From Candidatus Obscuribacterales bacterium (lineage in GTDB: Bacteria > Cyanobacteriota > Vampirovibrionia > Obscuribacterales > Obscuribacteraceae): 64,000 bases of DNA. This document shows, piece after piece, positions 1 through 10,034 of this stretch (its first letter is position 1; each line of letters starts with the position of its first letter). Where the stretch lies: contig CBDDIJ010000003.1 in the NCBI GenBank assembly GCA_965228855.1, positions 1,504,001 to 1,568,000 of the forward strand. Reading direction: 5' to 3'. The notes beneath the pieces were generated by a model, which was not told the DNA's origin, did no database searches, and saw only the letters and a list, made by a program, of their open reading frames with translations. The position numbers were made by a program, and so were the translations under genes.

Positions 1-496
1 CGAGCACTTTGACTTTCCAACTTCCGTTGGGTCTTTCTGAGATAGCAATATTGCCCGGCTTTATATCGCGGTGAACAATCGATTGTTTATGTGCATGAAT
101 AAGGGCATCGCAAACCTGAAAAAAGACTTCGAGGAACTCGGGTATCGTTAACGTCCTTTTTCTCTTCAAAAGTTGTTCGAGCGATTCGCCTTCAACAAAT
201 TCCATGCTGAGAAATGGGATGTCGTTATACAGACCAAAGTCATTTATCTTGGCGATGTTTTGATGATTCATTTTGCTCGCCAGCTTCGCTTCGCTCTGGA
301 AGCGAACGAGGTCGCGCTCATTGCGTGCGTCCGAAAGCATGACTTTGAGAGCGACTTCGGTGTCGAGTATCGTGTCTACGGCTCGGTAAACTCGGCCTTT
401 TGCACCAGAGGCGATCGGTTCCAAAATTCGAAAGCGCTCGAAAACGATCGCGCCAATGGCGAAATCGTTCAGGTCTCTCGGTCTGGATTCTGTCAT
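1..496 (-). CDS. Ser/Thr protein kinase (N-terminal part; runs off the window start)
   Basis: Manual translation from ATG 496 (ATGA overlap with upstream stop): MTESRPRDL...IASGAKGRVYRA...VALKV...HRDIKPGNI; Hanks-type motifs. Not in the ORF track because it is truncated. Confidence 0.9.
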   Translation of the reverse strand, partial: MTESRPRDLNDFAIGAIVFERFRILEPIASGAKGRVYRAVDTILDTEVALKVMLSDARNERDLVRFQSEAKLASKMNHQNIAKINDFGLYNDIPFLSMEFVEGESLEQLLKRKRTLTIPEFLEVFFQVCDALIHAHKQSIVHRDIKPGNIAISERPNGSWKVKVL

Positions 497-3234
497 TTTT
501 GTGATTGCTTTGGTTTTGTGGGAGTCGTTTCGGACGGTGGGTTTATACTTCGTTCGAGTTTGGCGGCTTGGACTTTAAATTCTGCCGCTTCCTTGTCGCG
601 ATGGAGTTGTTTCAAGATGGAAGCGCGTTGTCTGAAGAGAATAAATAGTTGGTCTTTATTTGGATTCTCGACTGAAGTGACAACATCAATTGCTTCGGTG
701 TTGAGTTTGAGAGCGTCGTCCAATTTTAATTCGTCGTGCAGAATTTGAACTTGCGCGGCGGCTGCAACGAAGAATAGTTGGCGAACTTCAGTGTTTGGAT
801 TTATTCGCAGTTGTTTTCGACTGAGTTCAATGGACTGTTTTATCAGTCTTCTGGCGTCGTCGATGCGCCCCTGGGCTCGATAAATCTCGGCGCGGCGAAC
901 GAGCGGAATGATTTGGTACTGACCATCTTCGCGTCTGCGTTTGTGAGTGGCGATTTGCGAAGCTTCCAGATAATACGATTCGGCCTTTGTGTAATTTTTG
1001 ATGCTCGCATAGAGGTCACCCAGTGCGATCGCCGAATAGAAGGTGTCCACCGCATTCTGGCCGAATCGGTCTCTGAAAATACGATGCAATGCTGCAGCAT
1101 ACTTAATACTACCAGCGGTATCATGATGGCGTTGGGCGAGTTTTTTAGCGCTATCGTACAAAACAATCGCAGACGTTTCCACACCTTGGGACTCGGCGGT
1201 TGTCGCATAAGATTCGAGCATTCGCAGTGCTTGTTGCCAATCGCCAAGTTTTTCATAGCAATCAGCTATTCGTCCCTGGTAATTGACGATTCGAATTTTT
1301 CCGCTTCCATTCTGCAGGCGAATGCAGCGTTTATACAGGCTGAGCGCGTCCTTGAAGTTCCCATCTTTGTATAGTTCTTCAGCCTTTAATTCTACTCCGT
1401 TCAGATTGCGCATACTTGCTGAAGGATCGAAGTCCACCTTGGGGAATTCGCGAGTGAGTTTTGCGACTTCCGCTACATCGAACTTAGGGCTGTCCGCTGT
1501 GTCGACGGCCATAACGTGTTTTAGACCGGAGACAAGCTTGCGCACACCACCAGGGGTGATGGCACTGTTTCCAATGTTGATGTAAGCCAAATGCTTTTGT
1601 CTAAGCAGGTCCGGTATACATGCATCAGTCAAGGACTGACCGCCGAAACTGACATCTGTCAGTCTGGGAAGTTCCGGAAGGTTAGCGAGAAACTTGTCCG
1701 TGATATCTGTCTTGCATATTCGCAGCCAGAAAAGCTTGTTGAGTCCCTTGAGATTTTTTGCAGATCCGTCTGTAATGGCCGTGCGGTTCAAGGAAAGCAA
1801 TTCAAGATTCGCGCATTGATTCACACCAGCTAAAGTTTCAACGCCTGTACCGTCCAGTTCGATACGCTTAAGGTTAGGAAGCGTTGCAAATGATTTGAAA
1901 CATTTGTCGCTTAAGCTCAAGCTGTCCGAAACCGCGATCTCCTGTATGTTGTTGTTGCCTTCGAGAACTTTCAAGTCTTCGTCGGTGCAGGAGTACGGGA
2001 GCTTGACTTTGGTAGTCTTATTTTGAACTGCGCTCTCGGCGACTCGCTTCCCATCTGACAGATCAGCCGTTAACCCGTCCGTCATTTGATTTGCATCTAT
2101 CGAATCCGGCAGGTAGGAGATTCGCGGAGACTCTGGTGGTTTCAACAGGGATTTCACGCCCCAGATTGCAAACGAGACGAGCACGAGACCGGCAACAATT
2201 CCGAATACCGTTAACTTTGAAATTGAATTGTTGGGTGCGTGATAGTTCTGAAACTCCCTGGACAGTTCTTTTGATATCGTCGAATTCCCCTCAATGAATT
2301 CGCCGTTGAAACGGATTTGCGAAGTGGAGGCACGGCTCGACAGTATACTGCCTGCGGTGTCACGTGGGGCGTCACTCACACAGAGTTTCAATTCTGCCAG
2401 CAACTCGCTCATTGTTGCATAGCGAGCATCGCGCTTTTTGCTCAGGCATCGCTCGATGACTTCGTTTAAACGATCCGATAATTCCGGAGTGAGTCGCTGT
2501 GGCGGAATAAGTTTTTCGTTAGCGTGCTTGTTTAAAACGTCCAGCGCAGTTTCTCCGAGAAAGGGCGGTCTGCCGGTAATGACCTCATACATCAGGCAGC
2601 CCATGGAGTACACTTCGGACCTCGCGTCGTATTTCTGACCAGCGACCTGGTCAGGGCTCATGTAGGCAGGTGTGCCGACAACAGTTCGTCCCTGAACAAC
2701 CGTCTTCGACTGAATATCCTGGCTAGTTTTCGACAAATTAAAATCAATCAGACGCACGCTCAGTTGCTTCTGGTCGTTTGAGCCAATGAGAATGTTCGAC
2801 GGTTTCAGATCCCGATGAAAGACACCATTCTCGTGCAAACACGCAAGCGCATCGGTTATCATCACGAACAAATCGAGAGCGTCTCGCTCTGGCAAGCGGC
2901 CCTCTGCGGCAAGAATATCTTCGAGGCTTTGACTGGGAAAATATTCCATGACCATAAATGGTCTGCCACCGTCAGTGACACCAAAGTCCAAGATTTGAAT
3001 TATGCTTTCGTGCCCTAAGCGACTGGCGATTCGCGCCTCATTTTGAAAAGACACCACTCTATCATCAGTCACGGACAGCAGCGTTTTAACAGCTACCGTC
3101 TTGCCCAGGTGCTTATCCATGCAAAGATATACGCGACCCAGCGCGCCCTGACCGAGTAACTCCAGCGGTTTATAGCGATCCGTGGGGACAGATGATGAAT
3201 CAATGTCGAGCGCAGCAGAGTTCTCGCCGTTCAT
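493..3234 (-). CDS. Membrane Ser/Thr kinase with leucine-rich repeats and TPRs
   Basis: GQGALGRVY, VAVK, HRDLKPSN, DFN, GTPAYMSPDQ; TM segment FGIVAGLVLVSFAIWGV; LxxLxL..T.ITD LRRs; C-terminal TPR-like helices. Confidence 0.92.
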   Translation of the reverse strand: MNGENSAALDIDSSSVPTDRYKPLELLGQGALGRVYLCMDKHLGKTVAVKTLLSVTDDRVVSFQNEARIASRLGHESIIQILDFGVTDGGRPFMVMEYFPSQSLEDILAAEGRLPERDALDLFVMITDALACLHENGVFHRDLKPSNILIGSNDQKQLSVRLIDFNLSKTSQDIQSKTVVQGRTVVGTPAYMSPDQVAGQKYDARSEVYSMGCLMYEVITGRPPFLGETALDVLNKHANEKLIPPQRLTPELSDRLNEVIERCLSKKRDARYATMSELLAELKLCVSDAPRDTAGSILSSRASTSQIRFNGEFIEGNSTISKELSREFQNYHAPNNSISKLTVFGIVAGLVLVSFAIWGVKSLLKPPESPRISYLPDSIDANQMTDGLTADLSDGKRVAESAVQNKTTKVKLPYSCTDEDLKVLEGNNNIQEIAVSDSLSLSDKCFKSFATLPNLKRIELDGTGVETLAGVNQCANLELLSLNRTAITDGSAKNLKGLNKLFWLRICKTDITDKFLANLPELPRLTDVSFGGQSLTDACIPDLLRQKHLAYINIGNSAITPGGVRKLVSGLKHVMAVDTADSPKFDVAEVAKLTREFPKVDFDPSASMRNLNGVELKAEELYKDGNFKDALSLYKRCIRLQNGSGKIRIVNYQGRIADCYEKLGDWQQALRMLESYATTAESQGVETSAIVLYDSAKKLAQRHHDTAGSIKYAAALHRIFRDRFGQNAVDTFYSAIALGDLYASIKNYTKAESYYLEASQIATHKRRREDGQYQIIPLVRRAEIYRAQGRIDDARRLIKQSIELSRKQLRINPNTEVRQLFFVAAAAQVQILHDELKLDDALKLNTEAIDVVTSVENPNKDQLFILFRQRASILKQLHRDKEAAEFKVQAAKLERSINPPSETTPTKPKQSQK

Positions 3235-3490
3235 TCCAAATTGACTCTCCCAATCACAGCTTTCAATCGGAGGACGAACACTCAGGCTAAAGGTCAGACC
3301 CTTGCAGCTATAAAACCGAATAGACTTATTGGACGCCCAGGCCGCTTGATGCGCAATATGGTTGTTCCCCGCTAGTGTGTCTGGCTACTCGCGACACGTA
3401 TTAAAGCTCATGAGCTTAAACCGCAAGAGCCTGAAAACAGGTCCTTGAAATGACTTGAAGGTGGAACCACCCGGACCCGGGCTATTGGGA

Positions 3491-3569
3491 GATCGTAAAC
3501 CGATATCGGTTTGCGATCTCCAATGGAGCGCAAACCGATATCGGTTTGCGATCTCCAATGGAGCGCAAA
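3491..3569. repeat. CGATATCG-core palindrome array, 2 copies (exact 35-bp tandem unit)
   Basis: AAACCGATATCGGTTTGCGATCTCCAATGGAGCGC at 3497-3531 and 3532-3566; cores at 3501 and 3536. Confidence 0.9.
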
Positions 3570-3805
3570 GCTTGTCACGGCAGGGCTTTCAGGACTCGTG
3601 CGCCAGACCTATTAAATCCCAGGGCAGTTTTAAGCGGTTCGCAGAACTTTCGCAAAGCCCGTCTGTATCTTCTTTCCAATTGCGCTGTTGGAATGGGACG
3701 GTATACAACGGAAGTAGATGCATTAGCCTTAGTAGTTATCTCGAATCCTCCCTCACTCTCACAAAAGTGAGCCCAGGCAGTGCGATAAGGAAAGTTGGAG
3801 GTTAT

Positions 3806-4429
3806 ATGGACGGAAAGAACCCCGCCGGACTTTTTTGTGCTCTGGCGAACCGGTTACTGGAATTTTGCGGTCTGTGCCCAAATCGCGATTCTGAGCGAAA
3901 ACGCCTGGCTAGTCTAGCCCGACCGAATCACGAGGACGGCTCGCAAGAGATCGGTCCGCATACGGTTGCGGTACCGACCTCTCAAGATGTCCGTGCGGCA
4001 TTCGGACACGATAAAGACAATTTCTTGAGGGGCGAGTTGATACATGGAAAACGTGACGAGGTGGCTCGTCACAGTCAAGAAATCGTGACTAATTGGTTGC
4101 ATCAAGGGGAGTGTTTGGGTTGCAAATCCAATGGAAGCTTTCGCGACCACGATTGCGGCAAGAATAGCCAGTGGGATGCCGAAGTGGCTTACGAGCAGAA
4201 AGAATCGAGGCTTGTGGATTTTAGCGAAATAGGGCTTGGCATGAGCCGAGACAATCTGACGCAGTTTGTATATCAATCCAGCAACGACGGAAAGCCTGTA
4301 CCGCGCGCGAACGAACATGCCTCGAAGAAAACTGTGCAAGACATACCAGCAATGCAGTTCAATTTCGATAGGGTGGAATCGATCCAGGCAGACGCGACAA
4401 ACCGCCAGGCAAGGACGCATCAGCCATAG
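3806..4429 (+). CDS. Hypothetical protein
   Basis: 3' part of ORF 3455..4429; GGAGG RBS just before ATG 3806 (MDGKNPAGLF...). No recognisable family. Confidence 0.55.
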   Translation: MDGKNPAGLFCALANRLLEFCGLCPNRDSERKRLASLARPNHEDGSQEIGPHTVAVPTSQDVRAAFGHDKDNFLRGELIHGKRDEVARHSQEIVTNWLHQGECLGCKSNGSFRDHDCGKNSQWDAEVAYEQKESRLVDFSEIGLGMSRDNLTQFVYQSSNDGKPVPRANEHASKKTVQDIPAMQFNFDRVESIQADATNRQARTHQP

Positions 4430-4484
4430 GTGGGGCTGATGCTGCCGGCGGTCCTGCCTCTGGATTCGCTAAACAGGGTAGTTC

Positions 4485-4676
4485 CTAAACCGATATCGGT
4501 ATGGGAGTAGATGAAATTCGTAGACCGATATCGGTTTGAGAAAATTGGTGATCGTAGACCGATATCGGTTTACGATCGTCGTGAAGACTGAAACTTTTTG
4601 ACTGCACAGCCGAAAGATTTGAGCCGGGAATTTGGACGGTCTTTTTGAGATCGTAAATCGATATCGGTTTATGATG
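4485..4676. repeat. CGATATCG-core palindrome array, 4 copies
   Basis: Cores at 4491, 4526, 4560, 4659 (spacings 35, 34, 99); near-perfect copy GATCGTAGACCGATATCGGTTTACGATC at 4550-4577. Confidence 0.9.
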
Positions 4677-4815
4677 TCGGTGAACTTGGGGTGAATTTGG
4701 GAGTGATTCTATAAAGAGATGATGAGTCTTCACGAACGGACTTTTGGCAATAAGGTTGTGGCACAATAAGTCGATGTAGGACCATTTTCGTCAAGTCTTC
4801 TTTGAAGAAGGAATC

Positions 4816-5520
4816 ATGAAATTAGAGTTGCGGGGCGTCTCCAAAAAGTACAGCGATCACGATGTGAATGCGCTGAGGGATGTGTCGCTTGCGCTTAACG
4901 GCGGGGATTTCGTCGCAATCTGTGGTCCGAGTGGGTGTGGAAAGAGCACTTTATTGAATATTGTCGGTTTGATTGATAAGCCGAGTAGCGGCTCCGTAAT
5001 ACTTGATGGTGAGGAACTCAATTCGCTTGATGACGAGAAGCTCACGGTTTTGCGTGGCAAAAGAATTGGTTTTGTTTTTCAGTTTTTCAATTTGCTGTCG
5101 ACGCTTACGATCGAAGAGAATGTCGCGTTGCCACTCGAGTTATCGGGGCAGACAAAAGAGGCAGACATCAGAAAGAAGGTCGGTGACCTGTTAGAAAGAG
5201 TAGGGATCGCGAAGCGAGCAAAGTTTTATCCTTCGCAATTGTCGGGGGGCGAGATGCAACGTGCTGCGATTGCCAGAGCGGTCATCCACGCTCCGCAGAT
5301 CCTGGTCGCGGATGAGCCCACTGGAAATTTGGACAGTGAGAGCGGTAAGGTGATCCTCGAACTATTGAAGCAGTTAAACGAGAGTGACAATCAAACGATC
5401 GTCATGGCTACACACAGTGCGGAAGCGGCTTCATATGCGTCCAGACGAGTTGATATGCGTGATGGTCGAATCGTAGTGGATCAAGCTAGTGAACTAAGAG
5501 TATCTGCCGGAGAAGGATGA
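4816..5520 (+). CDS. ABC transporter ATP-binding protein (LolD/MacB-type)
   Basis: Walker A GPSGCGKS, LSGGEMQR signature, ADEPTGNLD, H-loop ATHS. Confidence 0.95.
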   Translation: MKLELRGVSKKYSDHDVNALRDVSLALNGGDFVAICGPSGCGKSTLLNIVGLIDKPSSGSVILDGEELNSLDDEKLTVLRGKRIGFVFQFFNLLSTLTIEENVALPLELSGQTKEADIRKKVGDLLERVGIAKRAKFYPSQLSGGEMQRAAIARAVIHAPQILVADEPTGNLDSESGKVILELLKQLNESDNQTIVMATHSAEAASYASRRVDMRDGRIVVDQASELRVSAGEG

Positions 5521-8081
5521 TGAATCTTTCGGCGAAGTTATTTTTTTCGTTTATCGTACGTGATCTGCTTAAGAATTGGGTGCGGACGGCAATCACCGTA
5601 GGTGGTATCGCGCTTGGTGTCAGTGTATTTCTTGCGATTACACTGGCGAACGAAACGGCGTTGGGCAAGTTCAAAGAGACAGTTGATGTGATCTCCGGGA
5701 AAGCAAACCTGGAGGTTCGTTCGCAATCGGGACGGTATATATCGGCTTCGTATATGCGAGACCTTGACTGGCTTCAGCAATTAGGCGTACGAATGGCGCC
5801 GATGATTCAGGAAACTGTCGTATTCGGAACAGAAGGACAGGATCCCGTGCAGTTAGTCGGCGTAGATGTGCTTGCCGACCCGGACTTCTTTGCTGGTGGT
5901 GTCGGTACCAACGAGTCATACGATATGTTTGCGCCGGACTCGGCGCTGGTTGGTTGGAGACTGGCGGAAAAATACAAGCTCAAAGTCGGCTCGACGTTTG
6001 ATTTGTACGTGAATGATCGGGCTCGGCAGTTTAAGGTGGCTGGGTTATTGGAAAAGGGCGGACTCGGTGGCGCATTCAGTGGCAATGTAGTGGCAACTGA
6101 CATTGAAAACGCGCAAGCGGCACTGGATAGCGAAGGGAAAGTTTCAGAGATAGAATTGATAGTTCCGGAGGCGATAGTCGAACAAGTCAAACTTGACTTG
6201 GAAAGTTCGTTGCCACCGTCTGTGGTGGTGGACCGTCCGGAAGCACGCGGCAACAACGTCGAGAAAATGACGCGTTCGTTTCAATATAACTTGACGGCGC
6301 TAGCGTTCATCGCGCTCATTGTTGGGATGTTTCTGATCTACAACACGATCACAATTTCAGTGATTCGACGTCGCGGTGAAATTGGAACGTTGCGTGCTCT
6401 GGGACTCCGCCGCGGCCAGGTCAGTGTTCTTTTCCTTTGCGAGGCTGCCGCCTTTGGTATTGTAGGCAGTGCCCTTGGTGTCCTGGCGGGGCTTGGATTC
6501 TCAGATGGCGCTCTCACTGCGATTGCCGGCACGATGGAACATTTTTATTTCCAGCATCCATTCGGTTCAACAAGCGCGGATCCGTGGACACTTACCAGAG
6601 CGTTTTTAATCGGTTTCGTCATAACGGTGCTTGCTGCTATTCCGCCGGTGTGGGAATCAACCACCGTGCAGCCGGCCGAAGCGGTCCGCAGAAGCTCTTA
6701 CGAATCGAAAGTGCTCGGGTCTGCACTAAAATTATCGCTTATCGGTACAGGCTTATTTCTGGTGGCGGCGCTGTCCGCTCAGGCTCCGCCAATAGCCGGC
6801 TTCCCGTTTATGGGATATGTTTCTGCATTATGTACAATCCTCGGCACCGCATTTTGCACACCAATAATAGTAAGAGCGGCGTTTTCAAAGTTGGGCTCGT
6901 CTACTCTTCTCAAGAAGGTCGCCGGCACGGAAGGTTTGCTAGCCGCGCGTGCTCTTTATGGCGCGAGCGGTCGCACGTCGCTCGCGGTGGCGAGTTTGAT
7001 GATCGGAATTTCAATGATGATCAGTCTGGCAATTATGATTTCGAGTTTCAGAAGCACCGTGGTCGCGTGGGTCGATCAAACGCTAAAAGCGGATATCTGG
7101 ATTCAGTCGGCATCACGTGAGCGAGGAAGCAGGCAGTCGCGGCTCGATCAATCCGTTATGAACGATATCAAGGTTTTACCTTCCGTCGCGGCTGTAGATG
7201 TTTTTGTAGAACAGCGAATGCAATACAAGGGTGAACCATCTATAGTGGCCGGAGGAGACTTCGATGTTTTGCGGCGTTTCGGTTCCTTACGGGTGACGTC
7301 TGCGGAAACGCCGGAACAAGTTTTTGCTCGCATGGGTGATGATGGCTGTTTCGTATCTGAAGCATTCGCAATCAGGAAGAATGTAAAAACAGGAGATGTA
7401 ATCGAGTTGCCGACCGATAGAGGAATCGTGAGCCTCAAAATCGGTGCTATCTATTACGATTACTCGAGCGACCTGGGACATGTAGTTATCGATCGCGCGC
7501 TCTATGAAAAGCTTTTCGACGACCATTCGCTTACCAGTATCGCGGTTTATTTGAAACCGGACGCCGACCTCGAAGCCACTCGCACTCAGATATCTGACGC
7601 GGTAGCGGGGAAATCGCTCATCTCGATGCGCAGTACGAGGGAGTTGCGCAAAGAGGCGATGCGAGTTTTCGATCGCACATTTGCGGTCACTTACGCGCTT
7701 CATACGATTGCCGTCTCAGTTGCACTGCTATCCGTTATGAACGCTCTTCTGGCGCTTTCTTTCGAGTCGCGAAGAGACTTCGGAATTCTTCGTTATCTGG
7801 GAGCGCAACGTATCCAGATTGAAAAGATCGTACTCGGTCAGTCGTTCTTTCTTGGTTGCCTCGGGAATATAACCGGTCTGGGAGTGGGTGCGATCCTGTC
7901 GTTGCTTCTGGTCAACGTTATAAACCGGCAATCGTTCGGATGGACGGTTCAACTTGCCGTCCCATGGGATTTTATTCTTCAATCCGGCTTGCTGGTTATA
8001 GTGGCAGCGCTCGCGGCCGGCTACATACCGGCAAGGCAAGCGGCGAAAACTCTGGCACCGGAAGTGGTGCGCGATGAATGA
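5517..8081 (+). CDS. FtsX/MacB-type ABC permease (duplicated architecture)
   Basis: Two periplasmic-plus-TM halves; RRGEIGTLRALG and RRDFGILRYLG motifs; ATGA overlap with the ATPase gene. Confidence 0.92.
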   Translation: MMNLSAKLFFSFIVRDLLKNWVRTAITVGGIALGVSVFLAITLANETALGKFKETVDVISGKANLEVRSQSGRYISASYMRDLDWLQQLGVRMAPMIQETVVFGTEGQDPVQLVGVDVLADPDFFAGGVGTNESYDMFAPDSALVGWRLAEKYKLKVGSTFDLYVNDRARQFKVAGLLEKGGLGGAFSGNVVATDIENAQAALDSEGKVSEIELIVPEAIVEQVKLDLESSLPPSVVVDRPEARGNNVEKMTRSFQYNLTALAFIALIVGMFLIYNTITISVIRRRGEIGTLRALGLRRGQVSVLFLCEAAAFGIVGSALGVLAGLGFSDGALTAIAGTMEHFYFQHPFGSTSADPWTLTRAFLIGFVITVLAAIPPVWESTTVQPAEAVRRSSYESKVLGSALKLSLIGTGLFLVAALSAQAPPIAGFPFMGYVSALCTILGTAFCTPIIVRAAFSKLGSSTLLKKVAGTEGLLAARALYGASGRTSLAVASLMIGISMMISLAIMISSFRSTVVAWVDQTLKADIWIQSASRERGSRQSRLDQSVMNDIKVLPSVAAVDVFVEQRMQYKGEPSIVAGGDFDVLRRFGSLRVTSAETPEQVFARMGDDGCFVSEAFAIRKNVKTGDVIELPTDRGIVSLKIGAIYYDYSSDLGHVVIDRALYEKLFDDHSLTSIAVYLKPDADLEATRTQISDAVAGKSLISMRSTRELRKEAMRVFDRTFAVTYALHTIAVSVALLSVMNALLALSFESRRDFGILRYLGAQRIQIEKIVLGQSFFLGCLGNITGLGVGAILSLLLVNVINRQSFGWTVQLAVPWDFILQSGLLVIVAALAAGYIPARQAAKTLAPEVVRDE

Positions 8082-8117
8082 CGACAGCGAGGCGAAGTTG
8101 ACGAGAACAGGGTTATA

Positions 8118-8290
8118 CGGCAAATGAACGAAAGCAAGGTTTATCTGGCGCCGGAAGTAAGAGAACGAAAGCGTGGTTTATATGGTGCCGGAAGTGATGG
8201 AAACGAAAGCATGAAATATAAGGAGCCGGAAGTGATGGGAACGAAAGCATGAAATATATGGAGTCGGAAGTGATAAAAACTAAAGCACGC
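8118..8290 (+). repeat. Degenerate 37-38 bp tandem direct repeat, about 4-5 units
   Basis: Unit approximately GCCGGAAGTGATGGGAACGAAAGCATGAAATATATGGA, head-to-tail with no spacers. Confidence 0.85.
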
Positions 8291-9421
8291 ATTGTGCGGA
8301 GCCGCGAGGTTCGCATTAGTAGCAGTTCCGTAGCGTCCTGCATGCTGGTGTTTCTAGTTTCGCTCTTTGCGATTTCTCCGGCAGCAACCGCGAAGGAGTA
8401 TAAACAGGCTCTGCCTGGCTATCAGTATCAGTTTCCGCGCGATCATGGTTCTCACGAAGATTTCAAGACGGAATGGTGGTATTACACGGGGCACATGCAG
8501 ACCGAAAGCAACAAGAAGTTTGGTTATGAGCTCACATTTTTCAGACACGGAATAGAGCACGATTCGTCTCTAAAAACGAAGGAAGATAGGAACGTTTACC
8601 TTGCCCATTTCGCTCTCACTGATGAAACCGGCGGGAAGTTCAAGTACTTCGAGAAGTTGAGCAGGAGCGGCTTGCCGGTGGCTTTCGCTCGTTCGGACAT
8701 TCTGTCCGTTCAAAATCAGGGGTGGTCAGTTGAGCAACTTGGAGACCGATTTGTGTTGCGCGCTGATGGTGATAAATCCGGAATCAGATTGTTGCTCTCT
8801 CCTGCAAAGAAGCCGATTATTCACGGCAAAGATGGCGTTAGTCAGAAGGCCTCCTGCAAAGGGTGTGCGTCGCACTATTACTCTCTGACACGGCTGAAAA
8901 CCGAAGGGCTGGTCTACGTAGACGGAAAGCCGGAGCGCATCACATCCGGTTGGTCCTGGATGGATCATGAATTCGGCTCGAATCAACTGACGGCGGAGCA
9001 AATCGGTTGGGACTGGTTTAGCGTGCAGTTGGAAAACAACACGGAACTGATGTTGTATGTAATGCGCAGGCGCGATGGCTCTCTCGACAAAAATTCCAGT
9101 GGTACTATCATCGGTGCGGATGGCAGAGCGATTCACCTGGCCAAAGACGATTTCAAAATTTCCTCGACATCGAAGTGGACCAGTCCAAACAGCAATGGCG
9201 TTTATCCCATGGGCTGGACGGTCGAAGTTCCTAATCACCAGATCAAGCTGAACGTCAATCCGGTTTTAAAAGACCAGGAACTGTTGACAAAACGGTCGAC
9301 CGGCGTGACCTACTGGGAGGGGGCGGCGGAAGTTTCCGGGACAGTTGAGGGCAAGGCGGTCAAAGGTGAAAGCTACGTTGAGATGACAGGTTACGCTGAA
9401 GCGTTCAAGAAGAAGATTTAG
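8249..9421 (+). CDS. Secreted AttH/CrtC-like lipocalin-domain protein (true start may be later, e.g. ATG 8342)
   Basis: FPRDHGSH..FKTEWWYYTG, WMDHEF, GWDWFS, YWEGA, YVEMTGY; signal-peptide-like segment; usual partner of this ABC pair. Confidence 0.9.
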   Translation: MKYMESEVIKTKARIVRSREVRISSSSVASCMLVFLVSLFAISPAATAKEYKQALPGYQYQFPRDHGSHEDFKTEWWYYTGHMQTESNKKFGYELTFFRHGIEHDSSLKTKEDRNVYLAHFALTDETGGKFKYFEKLSRSGLPVAFARSDILSVQNQGWSVEQLGDRFVLRADGDKSGIRLLLSPAKKPIIHGKDGVSQKASCKGCASHYYSLTRLKTEGLVYVDGKPERITSGWSWMDHEFGSNQLTAEQIGWDWFSVQLENNTELMLYVMRRRDGSLDKNSSGTIIGADGRAIHLAKDDFKISSTSKWTSPNSNGVYPMGWTVEVPNHQIKLNVNPVLKDQELLTKRSTGVTYWEGAAEVSGTVEGKAVKGESYVEMTGYAEAFKKKI

Positions 9422-9581
9422 CGGTACAATAAACGCAACGTCGCGGCTTGAGTGCTGGAACGGATGCTTTTAATGCAACCAGGTTTCAACGCATGATGAT
9501 CGTTTTATCGAGCCGCCTGGCGTTTCGAAACCAGTTTCAGCACATCGGCATGGAACCTGCCGAGTGGAGATAAGTTAAGTT

Positions 9582-9974
9582 ATGGTCGAAATATTTGATC
9601 CGATCGGGGCAATTTATAAAGCGGTCGGCGATGACAAGCCGTTTTTCGATCTCGTCGACGAATTTTACAAGGGAGTCGAGAACGATTTGATCTTGAGACC
9701 TATGTACCCTGAAGATTTGACGGATGCGAAGAGAAAGCTGGCGCTGTTTATGATACAGAGAACCGGTGGTCGCACCACATATAGTGATGAGCGTGGTCAT
9801 CCACGCATGCGGCAAAGACACATGCCGTTCTCTATAGGGCTGAACGAGCGTAATGCCTGGATGAAAAACATGATGGTGGCGCTCGATAAAGTTCCTGAGC
9901 TGGCTCCGCATAAAGAGACGCTAACTGAGTTTTTCGAATCGTTCTCGACTTTCATGATCAATAAACAGCCTTAG
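9582..9974 (+). CDS. Group II truncated hemoglobin (GlbO-like)
   Basis: LVDEFY..V..D.ILRPMYP.DL, GG..TYS.ERGHPRMRQRHMPF. Confidence 0.92.
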   Translation: MVEIFDPIGAIYKAVGDDKPFFDLVDEFYKGVENDLILRPMYPEDLTDAKRKLALFMIQRTGGRTTYSDERGHPRMRQRHMPFSIGLNERNAWMKNMMVALDKVPELAPHKETLTEFFESFSTFMINKQP

Positions 9975-10034
9975 ATTGGCAGCGCAAGTTGTCGGGTAGA
10001 ACTTACTGGTAGTGGCAGCTGGCGGTAAGAGTTC

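Noticed and set aside
1024..1031. Cyanobacterial HIP1 octamer GCGATCGC
   Set aside because: Only isolated occurrences noticed (also near 41624); not over-represented and distinct from the CGATATCG family.
3404..3417. Perfect 14-bp palindrome AAGCTCATGAGCTT
   Set aside because: Single occurrence and no cognate regulator evident; could be an operator but cannot be supported.
3455..3805. N-terminal extension of ORF 3455..4429
   Set aside because: TTG start without an RBS, running through the palindrome array; a strong GGAGG precedes ATG 3806.
4485..4766. Short ORFs with repeated KPISVYD or RYR peptides (also 17058, 29204, 38540)
   Set aside because: The peptide repeats are simply translations of the DNA palindrome; no other coding evidence.
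8118..8290. 37-38 bp repeat as a CRISPR array
   Set aside because: Units are head-to-tail with no unique spacers.
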